A DNA stretch of 64,000 nucleotides, from positions 672-64,671 of the forward strand of contig CAZAHF010000001.1 of assembly GCA_964484995.1 (NCBI GenBank). Direction: 5' to 3'. Position 1 is the first letter of the stretch. Every line of letters begins with the position of its first letter. Source of the DNA: an uncultured Candidatus Bathyarchaeia archaeon (GTDB lineage Archaea; Thermoproteota; Bathyarchaeia; Hecatellales; Hecatellaceae). Shown here one piece after another: positions 28,816 through 37,141 of this stretch. Made by a program: the position numbers and the translations under genes. The notes below the pieces were generated by a model. It was not told where the DNA came from. It worked only from the letters and a program-made list of their open reading frames with translations, and did no database searches.

Positions 28816-29889
28816 ATGCACAATAGCTTGGGGTGGTTAGAGGGAAAAACTTTGCCTTGTAAAGTTGTTGTAGGTGGATTTTGGGGAGATGAGGGAAAAG
28901 GAAAGATCATTTCTTATTTAGCTTTAAGAGATAGAATTGATATTGGTGTTAGGGGTGGTGTTGGACCTAACGCTGGGCATACTGTTGAATTTGAGGGAAG
29001 AGTTTACAAACTTAGAATGCTTCCAAGCACATTCATAAATGAGAAGTCACGTGCTTTAGTTGGTGCTGGTGTTCTTGTAAATCCAAAAATTTTTCTTGAA
29101 GAAGTGAAAGCAACAGGTTGCGGGAAAAGAGCGGGATTAGACCCTAATTGTGCAATTATAGAGGAGAAACATATAGTGGAAGATAAAAAATCAGCTTATC
29201 TCTCAAAGAGAATAGGAACAACAGGAAGCGGTACAGGACCATGCAACGTTGACAGAGTTAGAAGAAAAGCCAAAACAGCAAAAGATATTCCTGAACTTAG
29301 AGATTTTTTGGTTGATGTTGCTTTTGAGATAAACAAAGCTTTAGACGAAGAAAAAAATGTTTTGGTTGAAGGAACCCAAGGAACTTTCTTATCGCTCTAT
29401 CATGGAACCTATCCTTACTGTACCTCAAAAGACGTTACAGCATCCTCTATTTGTGCTGATGCTGGTATAGGGCCGACAAAAATTGATGAAGTACTTGTTG
29501 TTTTTAAGGCTTACATAACAAGAGTTGGTGGTGGACCGTTACCAGGTGAAATCCCCCAAGAAGAAGCTGAAAAACGTGGTTGGCTTGAAGTTGCAACAGT
29601 TACGGGAAGAGTTAGAAGAGCTGCTCCTTTTAACATAGATTTAGCTAAAAGAGCTGTTATGCTTAACAGTGCAACTCAAATAGCCATAACAAAACTTGAT
29701 GTTTTATATCCTGAATGTAGAGGGGTAAAAAGATATGCGGATCTCCCGGATGAAGCAAAAAACTTTCTTAAAAACATAGAAAACTCTATTGGTGTACCAA
29801 TAACCTTAATAGGTACAGGTCCAGACATTTACGACATTATAGACTTAGAAGCTTCCGGCAGAATTAGCCCCGTAGAAAAACGCAAATAA
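28816..29889 (+). CDS. purA: Adenylosuccinate synthetase
   Basis: GGFWGDEGKGK P-loop, GPNAGHTV, and a short archaeal-type PurA. The true start may be the internal TTG at ~28852 (LPCKVVVGG). Confidence 0.9.
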   Translation: MHNSLGWLEGKTLPCKVVVGGFWGDEGKGKIISYLALRDRIDIGVRGGVGPNAGHTVEFEGRVYKLRMLPSTFINEKSRALVGAGVLVNPKIFLEEVKATGCGKRAGLDPNCAIIEEKHIVEDKKSAYLSKRIGTTGSGTGPCNVDRVRRKAKTAKDIPELRDFLVDVAFEINKALDEEKNVLVEGTQGTFLSLYHGTYPYCTSKDVTASSICADAGIGPTKIDEVLVVFKAYITRVGGGPLPGEIPQEEAEKRGWLEVATVTGRVRRAAPFNIDLAKRAVMLNSATQIAITKLDVLYPECRGVKRYADLPDEAKNFLKNIENSIGVPITLIGTGPDIYDIIDLEASGRISPVEKRK

Positions 29890-29914
29890 AATGTTAAAAC
29901 ACTTGTAATCCGTT

Positions 29915-30286
29915 TTAAAGTTTTTTAGTTTCAATTTTTTCCTGAAGTGCTACAAGATAACTTCTTGCAGAAAAAACCTTCTCATAAACCTTCTCTATTT
30001 GTTTTTCTTTACAGAGCTGTAATGACTCTTGAAGAAGTTCTTGAGCCTTAACTATATATTCAACCATGTCAAGATTCTGATTCTTGTTTTGGGAGGGAGA
30101 GGGACTCTTTTTTCCCTCTGTTTTTGTTTGCATTCTTAACATGAAGAGTAAATATTCAACCTCTGAAGATGTGTTCCAAACTCTTTTATTTACTTCCTCA
30201 AAATCTTTTTTAATGTATGCTTTTAAGGCTAGGTCTAACTCTTCTAAAGCCTTTTGAATTAAATCTTCAACTTCAACAATATTCAA
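29915..30286 (-). CDS. Hypothetical coiled-coil protein (123 aa)
   Basis: ORF with strong heptad-like charge pattern and no recognisable motifs. Confidence 0.4.
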   Translation of the reverse strand: MNIVEVEDLIQKALEELDLALKAYIKKDFEEVNKRVWNTSSEVEYLLFMLRMQTKTEGKKSPSPSQNKNQNLDMVEYIVKAQELLQESLQLCKEKQIEKVYEKVFSARSYLVALQEKIETKKL

Positions 30287-30334
30287 ATTTTCCCCTTACC
30301 CATAAACAAATGTTTTTCACGTTTAAGTTTTATT

Positions 30335-30961
30335 CTAAGAAGCTGAAACCTCAAAAACCTTATTATGTTTAGCTAAAAATTTCTCCCAATCTATTCTCCA
30401 AATCAAAAAAACTATAAGTCCAAGAAGTATAGCTGTAACAAGAGTAAGAGTTAGAGATAAAAATGGTGAGATTTCCTCTGTAAATGAGCGGATAAGCGAA
30501 CCGGTATATCTTCCACCCATAATTATTACATAAAACATGGCTAACTTACCTATTAAACATGGGAAGAAAACTCTAAAAAAATTAAAACGAGCTAATCCTA
30601 AGGGCACAAAAATAAGGTCGTCTGGAAGAGGTGTAAAAGCAAAAAGAAAAATTAGTAGAGGCCAAATGTTTTTATGTTTCATTAAAACCTTTAACATAGC
30701 ATCAAACTTTCTTCTTGTTTTTTCACCTACAACCCCTTTTGCAGCATAACCAACAGTATATCCTACAATTTCTCCTAAAGCAGAACCTACTCCCGCTGAA
30801 ATCATTAAAAAAATAGGGTTAAGGTTTGTATTAGCACTTAACCAGAAAATCACTACCGTGTAGGGAATAGGAAAAACTATAGATGAGGCCCCAATAAGGC
30901 TTACTAAAAAAACACCTATAAACCCAAACTGAATTGCCAGGTTGTAAAGAAGGTTTTCCAA
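30335..30961 (-). CDS. DedA / SNARE-associated (TVP38) family membrane protein
   Basis: Four to five TM segments with the DedA signature region (GYTVGY..G.....R.KF) and a re-entrant loop (PLPDDLIFVPLG). Confidence 0.75.
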   Translation of the reverse strand: MENLLYNLAIQFGFIGVFLVSLIGASSIVFPIPYTVVIFWLSANTNLNPIFLMISAGVGSALGEIVGYTVGYAAKGVVGEKTRRKFDAMLKVLMKHKNIWPLLIFLFAFTPLPDDLIFVPLGLARFNFFRVFFPCLIGKLAMFYVIIMGGRYTGSLIRSFTEEISPFLSLTLTLVTAILLGLIVFLIWRIDWEKFLAKHNKVFEVSAS

Positions 30962-31148
30962 ACTTAACCACTTATATTGTATACTTAATCTTTATCTTTT
31001 TTCACTACTTCTACTTGAAAACTTTTATCCTTAACTATTTGTCTGTAATAATGTTTGTTAAACATTCTAGTTGAAGGCGAAACACTATTAACCTATTAAT
31101 ATTTGGAAGATTGTTAGTGTAGAAGGGGGAGAAGGAGGCTTAACTGTA

Positions 31149-32588
31149 ATGGTGGAGAGAAAACGGTGGGAAAACAACTTTAGTGAGTGGTTTCAAGAGA
31201 TTATAGCTAATGCTGAAATTATGGATTATAGGTATCCTGTTAAAGGTTGTGGTGTCTGGCTACCCTACGGGTTTAAGCTTAGAAATAACGTGATAAACCT
31301 TATAAGAAAACTTTTGGATGAAAAGGGACATGAAGAAATACTTTTTCCCCTAATGATTACCTCAAGAATGATAGGTAAAGAATCCGAGCATATTGGAAGT
31401 TTTGAAGAGCAAATTTTTTGGGTAACTCATGCTGGAAAAAGAGAGCTTGATGAAAAACTTGCTCTTAGACCCACAAGTGAAACCGCTATTGCACCCATGC
31501 TTAAGCTTTGGATTCGTTCTCATGCAGACTTACCTAAAAAATACTATCAGATTGTAAGTATTTTCCGTTATGAAACAAAGGCGACAAGACCTCTTATTAG
31601 ACTCAGAGAAGTTACAACATTTAAAGAAGCCCATACTTCTCATGAATCTTATGAAGATGCTGAAAGACAGGTGAAAGAGGCAGTAGAAATATATAGCAAA
31701 TTTTTTGACGAGTTATGCTTACCCTACATTATCTCTAAAAGACCTGAATGGGATAAGTTTGCTGGAGCCTTATACTCAATAGCTTATGATACAGTTTTTC
31801 CTGATGGACGTACTCTTCAAATAGGAACAATCCATAATCTTGGGCAAAACTTCTCTAAAGCATTTGAAATAACGTTTGAGACAAAAGACGGATCTAGAGA
31901 CTATATTTGGCAAACATGTTATGGGATATCTGAACGTGTTATTGCGGCTGTCATTGCTGTTCATGGAGACGACCATGGACTTGTTTTACCGCCTACAATT
32001 GCTCCAATTCAAATAGTTATAATTCCTATACCATACAAAGGATATGAAGAAAAAGTTTTGGAGAAGTGTAAAAAAGTAGAAGAAACATTAAGAAAAGCAA
32101 ATTTAAGAGTTAAACTGGATCCGAGAGAAAAGCTAACCCCTGGAGCTAAGTTTTTTGAGTGGGAGCTTAAAGGTGTCCCCCTAAGAATTGAGGTGGGCCC
32201 TAAAGATTATGAGGAGGAAACTTTAACTTTTGTTAGAAGAGACAGCTTAGAAAGGGTAAGAGTTAAAGACGTAGAAGTTGTTGAAAAAACGTTGGAGTTA
32301 CTTAATAAAATTCATGAATCCTTAAGGAAAAGAGCCTTAAAATATCTTTGGAGTAAAGTTTGTAGAGCTGAGAGTATTGAAGAGGTTGTTAAACTTACAA
32401 GTGAAAAGCCTTTAATTGTTGAAACAGGTTGGTGTGGAAAATCTGAGTGTGGTATAGCCTTAGAAGAAAAAACAAACCTAAATGTTCTGGGAACACCAGT
32501 TAATAACGAAAAACCTCCTGAAAACATGAAATGTCTAATTTGTGGTGAAAAAGCAAGGTTTCTAGTTAGAATAGCAAAATCCTATTAG
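31149..32588 (+). CDS. proS: Prolyl-tRNA synthetase, archaeal/eukaryotic type
   Basis: Class II aaRS motifs with the archaeal-type N-terminus (WFQEIIANAEIMDYRYPVKGCGVWLPYG) and a C-terminal zinc-binding domain (CGKSECG ... CLICGEKA). Confidence 0.9.
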   Translation: MVERKRWENNFSEWFQEIIANAEIMDYRYPVKGCGVWLPYGFKLRNNVINLIRKLLDEKGHEEILFPLMITSRMIGKESEHIGSFEEQIFWVTHAGKRELDEKLALRPTSETAIAPMLKLWIRSHADLPKKYYQIVSIFRYETKATRPLIRLREVTTFKEAHTSHESYEDAERQVKEAVEIYSKFFDELCLPYIISKRPEWDKFAGALYSIAYDTVFPDGRTLQIGTIHNLGQNFSKAFEITFETKDGSRDYIWQTCYGISERVIAAVIAVHGDDHGLVLPPTIAPIQIVIIPIPYKGYEEKVLEKCKKVEETLRKANLRVKLDPREKLTPGAKFFEWELKGVPLRIEVGPKDYEEETLTFVRRDSLERVRVKDVEVVEKTLELLNKIHESLRKRALKYLWSKVCRAESIEEVVKLTSEKPLIVETGWCGKSECGIALEEKTNLNVLGTPVNNEKPPENMKCLICGEKARFLVRIAKSY

Positions 32589-32679
32589 TAGGAAAACTCT
32601 ACAGATAAAAGGAAAACTAAATTAATGGTTTCTTCCCACATTAAGATAGTTAGGATAGTTAGGTTAAGGATGGAATTAT

Positions 32680-32964
32680 ATGCCTAAAAAAAGAAAAAGC
32701 AGAGGTAGGTCAAAAGGAGGAAAAGGTAGAAGCGAGCTTGTTCATTGTAGTGGATGTGGCTGCCTTGTTCCAAGAGACAAAGCAAAAAAAGTAACCGCCT
32801 GGGTTTCGTTTGTAGACCCTGTTTTAGCTAAAGAGCTTAGAGCTCAAGGTGCTTTTATTCCAAGAGAAAAGGTTGTAAAGTACTATTGTATCTCATGTGC
32901 TGTTTATAGAGGGATTGTAAAAGTTAGAGCTAAAGAAGAAAGAAAAATAGCTAGACCGCTTTAG
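32680..32964 (+). CDS. rps26e: Ribosomal protein S26e
   Basis: MPKKRKSRGRSKGGKGRSELVHCSGCGCLVPRDKAKK matches the S26e N-terminus and Cys4 zinc knuckle. Confidence 0.85.
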   Translation: MPKKRKSRGRSKGGKGRSELVHCSGCGCLVPRDKAKKVTAWVSFVDPVLAKELRAQGAFIPREKVVKYYCISCAVYRGIVKVRAKEERKIARPL

Positions 32965-33004
32965 AAGCTAATAAACAACACTATTTTTTGAGGGGCATTA
33001 TTAT

Positions 33005-33337
33005 TTGAGTGTTAAAAGGCTTATTTCAAAATTAACTAAAGAAAACCTATGGCTTTATATTCTAACAGAGCTTTCAAACAATCCTATGTATGCATATGAG
33101 ATAGCTAAAGCTTTAAAAAACAAATATAAGATTCCTGTTGCAACAGTCACAACCTATGTTGTTCTCTATAAGATGGAGCGGGAAGGCCTTATAACAAAAA
33201 AAGGTTCATCCTCCATAAGTAAGCTTGGAAGAAAATATTATGCGATTACAGAAAAAGGTGTTTCTGCTCTAGATGAAGGAAAAAAAGTTTTACGAGAAAC
33301 AATTAATATTCTTGAAAAAAGCTTAAACGAGAAGTAG
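33005..33337 (+). CDS. PadR-family winged-helix transcriptional regulator
   Basis: LWLYILTELSNNPMYAYEIAKAL ... VVLYKMEREGLI fits the PadR signature. It has a TTG start. Confidence 0.65.
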   Translation: MSVKRLISKLTKENLWLYILTELSNNPMYAYEIAKALKNKYKIPVATVTTYVVLYKMEREGLITKKGSSSISKLGRKYYAITEKGVSALDEGKKVLRETINILEKSLNEK

Positions 33338-33349
33338 AAACCTGAAGTT

Positions 33350-33946
33350 TTATTTTCTTAACTGTTTAAATGTGTAAAACATTCTTTGAATAACCGTCGT
33401 GTTTGTTAAAATTGCTAAGACTACAAGTCCTACTTCTGGATGGAGAAGGATACTCGTTATAACAAGTATAAGAACTCTTTCAGGTCTTTCTGTTAAACCA
33501 ACTCCCTCTAGTTTTATGTTTAAGCCTTCAGCTTTAGCTCTAGTGTAGCTTACCAAAATCGAACCTAAAACTGCAAACAAACCCCAAACATAACCATAAA
33601 CACCAAGAATTGTTTGGTTTGCAAAATGGAAAGTTATACCAAAAAGTACTGCTGCATCAGCGTATCTATCTGTAAGTGAGTCAAGAAAACTTCCAAATAA
33701 AGTGTTTTTTCCAGAGATTCTGGCAACAGCACCATCTAAAACATCACAAAAACCCGAAAGTGAAAGAAACAGTGCTGCAACCCAAAAATACCAAAAATTT
33801 AGAGGGAAAGCGTAAAAAAATGCAGCAATAATGGAGAGACATAAACCTGAAACTGTTAACATGTTTGGGGTAAACCTAGCTTTTACCAGTTTTACTGCAA
33901 TTCCTCTAAGCCAACCTTCAACCTTTTCTCTTATCCTTGAAAGCAA
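33350..33946 (-). CDS. CDP-alcohol phosphatidyltransferase (archaetidylinositol-phosphate synthase-like)
   Basis: DVLDGAVAR...G...D...D signature (CDVLDGAVARISGKNTLFGSFLDSLTDRYAD) and ~6 TM helices. Confidence 0.8.
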   Translation of the reverse strand: MLSRIREKVEGWLRGIAVKLVKARFTPNMLTVSGLCLSIIAAFFYAFPLNFWYFWVAALFLSLSGFCDVLDGAVARISGKNTLFGSFLDSLTDRYADAAVLFGITFHFANQTILGVYGYVWGLFAVLGSILVSYTRAKAEGLNIKLEGVGLTERPERVLILVITSILLHPEVGLVVLAILTNTTVIQRMFYTFKQLRK

Positions 33947-34138
33947 GGAGCCTTTTTCTCCTTCTTAACCTTTTAACCTAAAGACTATGATTTGGCTTAA
34001 ACTAGGTTTGAGATTCTTCTAAAATAAAAGTTTTATCACAAAATTTTTAGTAATGTTAAGGGAAAGTAAACTTAAATCTAACAACATAGAAGATTATGCT
34101 TAAAAAAGTAGACTATACTCTAAGAGGTTAAAGTTAAC

Positions 34139-34345
34139 ATGGGTAAGGTAGCTTCAGGAACAAAATGTAGTGTTCCAGAATGTACAGCTGAAGCTGTAAA
34201 ATCTGTTTCAGTTGAAAAGGCTAAAATTGGAGGTTTTAATGTTTCTGGTGGGAAAAGAGTTTATCTTTGTAAAACTCACTATAAGCAGTTAAAGAAAAAC
34301 CTAAAAAAAGAAAAGCTTATTGAAAAATGGAGATACATGAGGTAG
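34139..34345 (+). CDS. Small basic zinc-ribbon-like protein (68 aa)
   Basis: C-x4-C ... C-x2-H arrangement (KCSVPEC ... CKTHYKQ) and a Lys-rich C-terminus. It lies 13 nt upstream of thrS. Confidence 0.4.
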   Translation: MGKVASGTKCSVPECTAEAVKSVSVEKAKIGGFNVSGGKRVYLCKTHYKQLKKNLKKEKLIEKWRYMR

Positions 34346-34358
34346 AGATGGTAGTTAG

Positions 34359-36203
34359 ATGAGAATTTTACTTATTCATGCTGACAGGTTTGGATGGACA
34401 GCTAAAGAAAAAGCACTTAAAGATGCTGAAGAGCTCAAACATAACCAAAAATTCTATTTAACAAACGATGTTCTTGTTGTTTTTTGTGCTGTTGAAAAAG
34501 TGGATGAAAAAAATCCTGAACAGATTTTAGAAAAAACCGTAGGTTCTATTGTGGAGGTGGCTGAGAAAGTTAAAACTCAAAATATGGTTGTTTATCCCTA
34601 TGCTCATCTTTCCCCAGAACTTGCTTCTCCAAAAATAGCTACAACTCTGCTTAAAAAGTTAAATGAAAAGCTTACAGAAAAAGGGTATAAAGTTAAGTTG
34701 GCACCTTTTGGCTGGTATAAAAGTTTTGAGTTGGTTTGTAAGGGACATCCTCTCTCAGAACTTTCAAGAGTAATCACTCCAGAGGAGGTTGAGGAAAAAC
34801 CTCAACCCGCAGAAAAGAATGTTTACAAGGTGTTAACACCAACTATGGAGGTTTTAGATCCTGAAAACTATCAGTTTAAGCAGGGGGAAGAGAATTTTAG
34901 GTTTCTTGTTGAAAAGGAAGCTCTTGGTAAAGAGTTTGCTGGTGGAGAAAAACCAAAATATCTTGACTACTGTAAAAAGTTTGGTTTTGAGTGGGAGCAT
35001 TTTTCAGATCTTGGTCATATGCGGTATGAACCTGAAGCTAACCTGATTTTTGAACTTGTTGCAGAATATTCTAGAAGTCTTGTTGATTCTCTTGATTTTC
35101 CAGTTTATCATGTTCGTGGAACAAATATGTTTGATCTTTCAGTTCCGGCTGTTAGTGAACATGCAAAACTTTTTGGTGGAAGACTTTATGAGATTAAAAC
35201 TGATAAACGTAGTCTTGTATTAAGATATGCTGCATGTCACCAGCAGTTTGCCATGTTAAAAGACTGGATTATAAGCTATAAGGATCTTCCTTTTGGTGTT
35301 TTTGAGATTGCTGACAGTTATAGGTTTGAACAAGAAGGGGAGCTTCTTCTATGTTTTAGAGTAAGAAAGCTTCACATGCCTGATCTTCACATTTTATGTA
35401 AAAATATGGATGAAGCAAAAAAATATGCTTTAATAATTCATAAGAAGATTTATGAGGAAATAAGAAAGATTGGAAGAGACTATGTTTCACTTTATAACAC
35501 GACCAAAGAATATTTTGAAGAAAATAAAGAGTTTTTTAGGGAGCTGTTAGAGGTTGAAAAAAAACCTGTTTTACTATGTTTTGTTCCTGAGAAAAAATAC
35601 TATTGGGTTTTAAATATTGAATATAATGTTATTGACGAGCTTAATCGTCCAAGAGAAATTGCAACCTTCCAGATAGATGTTGGGAACTCTAAAAGGTTTA
35701 ACATAACTTTTACAGATGCTGACGGGTCAAAAGCCTATCCGATAATAATCCATACTGCTTTAATAGGTACAATTGAGAGGTACATATTTACAATGTTTGA
35801 TTTGGCAGTAAAAAATGAGAAAGAAGGTAAACCTCCCATGCTTCCTGTTTGGCTTTCACCAGTCCAAGTTCGGGTTATTCCTGTTTCAGAAAGACTGCTT
35901 AAATTTGCAGAAGAAGTTGTTGAGAAACTGGAAAAAGAGAGGATTCGTGTTGATTTAGATGATACTGACGAAACTTTAGCAAAAAAAGTTAGGAAAGCTG
36001 AAACTTCATGGGTTCCGTATATTGTTGTTGTTGGGGAGGAGGAAGTAAAAACAGGAAAGTTTGATGTAAGGTTTAGAGAAACAGGTAAACGTGAAAAAAT
36101 TAGTTTAGAAGAGCTTATAGAAGAGGTTAAGAAGAAAATAGACGGATATCCTTGGAAACCTTTACCATTACCAAAAAAACTAAGCATAAGACCTATCTAT
36201 TAG
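34359..36203 (+). CDS. thrS: Threonyl-tRNA synthetase, fused archaeal type with N-terminal D-aminoacyl-tRNA-deacylase-like editing domain
   Basis: 614 aa. The archaeal editing-domain N-terminus (MRILLIHADRFGW) is followed by the class II catalytic core and an anticodon-binding domain. Confidence 0.9.
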   Translation: MRILLIHADRFGWTAKEKALKDAEELKHNQKFYLTNDVLVVFCAVEKVDEKNPEQILEKTVGSIVEVAEKVKTQNMVVYPYAHLSPELASPKIATTLLKKLNEKLTEKGYKVKLAPFGWYKSFELVCKGHPLSELSRVITPEEVEEKPQPAEKNVYKVLTPTMEVLDPENYQFKQGEENFRFLVEKEALGKEFAGGEKPKYLDYCKKFGFEWEHFSDLGHMRYEPEANLIFELVAEYSRSLVDSLDFPVYHVRGTNMFDLSVPAVSEHAKLFGGRLYEIKTDKRSLVLRYAACHQQFAMLKDWIISYKDLPFGVFEIADSYRFEQEGELLLCFRVRKLHMPDLHILCKNMDEAKKYALIIHKKIYEEIRKIGRDYVSLYNTTKEYFEENKEFFRELLEVEKKPVLLCFVPEKKYYWVLNIEYNVIDELNRPREIATFQIDVGNSKRFNITFTDADGSKAYPIIIHTALIGTIERYIFTMFDLAVKNEKEGKPPMLPVWLSPVQVRVIPVSERLLKFAEEVVEKLEKERIRVDLDDTDETLAKKVRKAETSWVPYIVVVGEEEVKTGKFDVRFRETGKREKISLEELIEEVKKKIDGYPWKPLPLPKKLSIRPIY

Positions 36204-36257
36204 GCTGATTGTAGATAACGGTTGCCCTACATGTTCTAATTTTTATGGGTAGGAATA

Positions 36258-36284
36258 GGTAGGAACAGTTCCTACCTTTTTTTT
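36258..36284 (+). terminator. Perfect palindrome GGTAGGAAC-A-GTTCCTACC followed by T8, intrinsic-type terminator downstream of thrS
   Basis: Read directly: 9-bp arms at 36258-36266 and 36268-36276, T-tract at 36277-36284. It is preceded by a half-repeat (GGTAGGAAT). Confidence 0.5.
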
Positions 36285-36336
36285 AAACTCTCGGACTAAG
36301 GATAATCGAAAAGTTTTAGGTTTTTGTTTAACCATA

Positions 36337-37119
36337 ATGTTTAGGGTTCTTTTTATGTCTTCCAAGGTTTTGATAGTTGGTGTTAAAGGTATACCTTTGA
36401 TTAAACCTAATGATGATTTAGCTAAGATTATTTGTGAGGCTGTGGAGAAGCAGGGTTTAAGTTTGGAGGATGGAGATATTGTTGTTGTTTCTCAAACTAT
36501 TGTTTCTAAGGCTGAGGGTTCCATAGTTAGGCTTAGTGAAGTAAGACCTAGTGTTAAAGCAAAAATTTTAGCTGAGGCTACTAAAAAGGAACCTGAGGTT
36601 GTTGAAGTAATACTAAGAGAGTCTAAAAACATAGTTAGGCTTAGACATTCACATTTGATAACTCAAACTAAGCATGGGTTTATATGTGCAAACGCTGGTG
36701 TTGATGTTTCAAACGTTTCTGGTGGAGACTGTGTAGCAACTTTACCAAAAAACCCGGATGAGTCTGCTAGAAAGCTAAGAAAAAGAATTAAAGAGTTAAC
36801 TGGTAAGGATGTTGCTGTAATAATTTCTGATACTTCTGGTAGACCTTTAAGAATGGGTCAAATTAACATAGCTATAGGTGTTTCAGGCATGAATCCTCTT
36901 TTAGATAGGAAGGGTGAAAAAGACCTTTTCGGCTACGAGTTAAAGGTTAAAGAAATAGCTATAGCCGATGAGCTTGCTTCAGCTGCTGAGCTTGTTATAG
37001 GAGAGGCTGATGAAGGAATACCTGTAGCCATAATAAAAGGCTATAAAAAATATGTGAAGGATGAAAAAGCCGGAGCATATATGCTTAATAGACCAATAAA
37101 ATACGACTTATTTGTCTAA
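36337..37119 (+). CDS. cofE: CofE-like gamma-glutamyl ligase family protein (F420-0:gamma-glutamyl ligase homologue)
   Basis: 260 aa with CofE/FbiB-N-like motifs (VVSQTIVSKAEG, GFICANAGVDVSNV, ISDTSGRP). Confidence 0.6.
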   Translation: MFRVLFMSSKVLIVGVKGIPLIKPNDDLAKIICEAVEKQGLSLEDGDIVVVSQTIVSKAEGSIVRLSEVRPSVKAKILAEATKKEPEVVEVILRESKNIVRLRHSHLITQTKHGFICANAGVDVSNVSGGDCVATLPKNPDESARKLRKRIKELTGKDVAVIISDTSGRPLRMGQINIAIGVSGMNPLLDRKGEKDLFGYELKVKEIAIADELASAAELVIGEADEGIPVAIIKGYKKYVKDEKAGAYMLNRPIKYDLFV

Positions 37120-37141
37120 TCCTTAAACATTAACAACACTT

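Noticed and set aside
35735-36187. 150-aa minus-strand ORF
   Set aside because: It is antisense inside thrS and has a Ser-rich low-complexity translation, so it is a shadow ORF.
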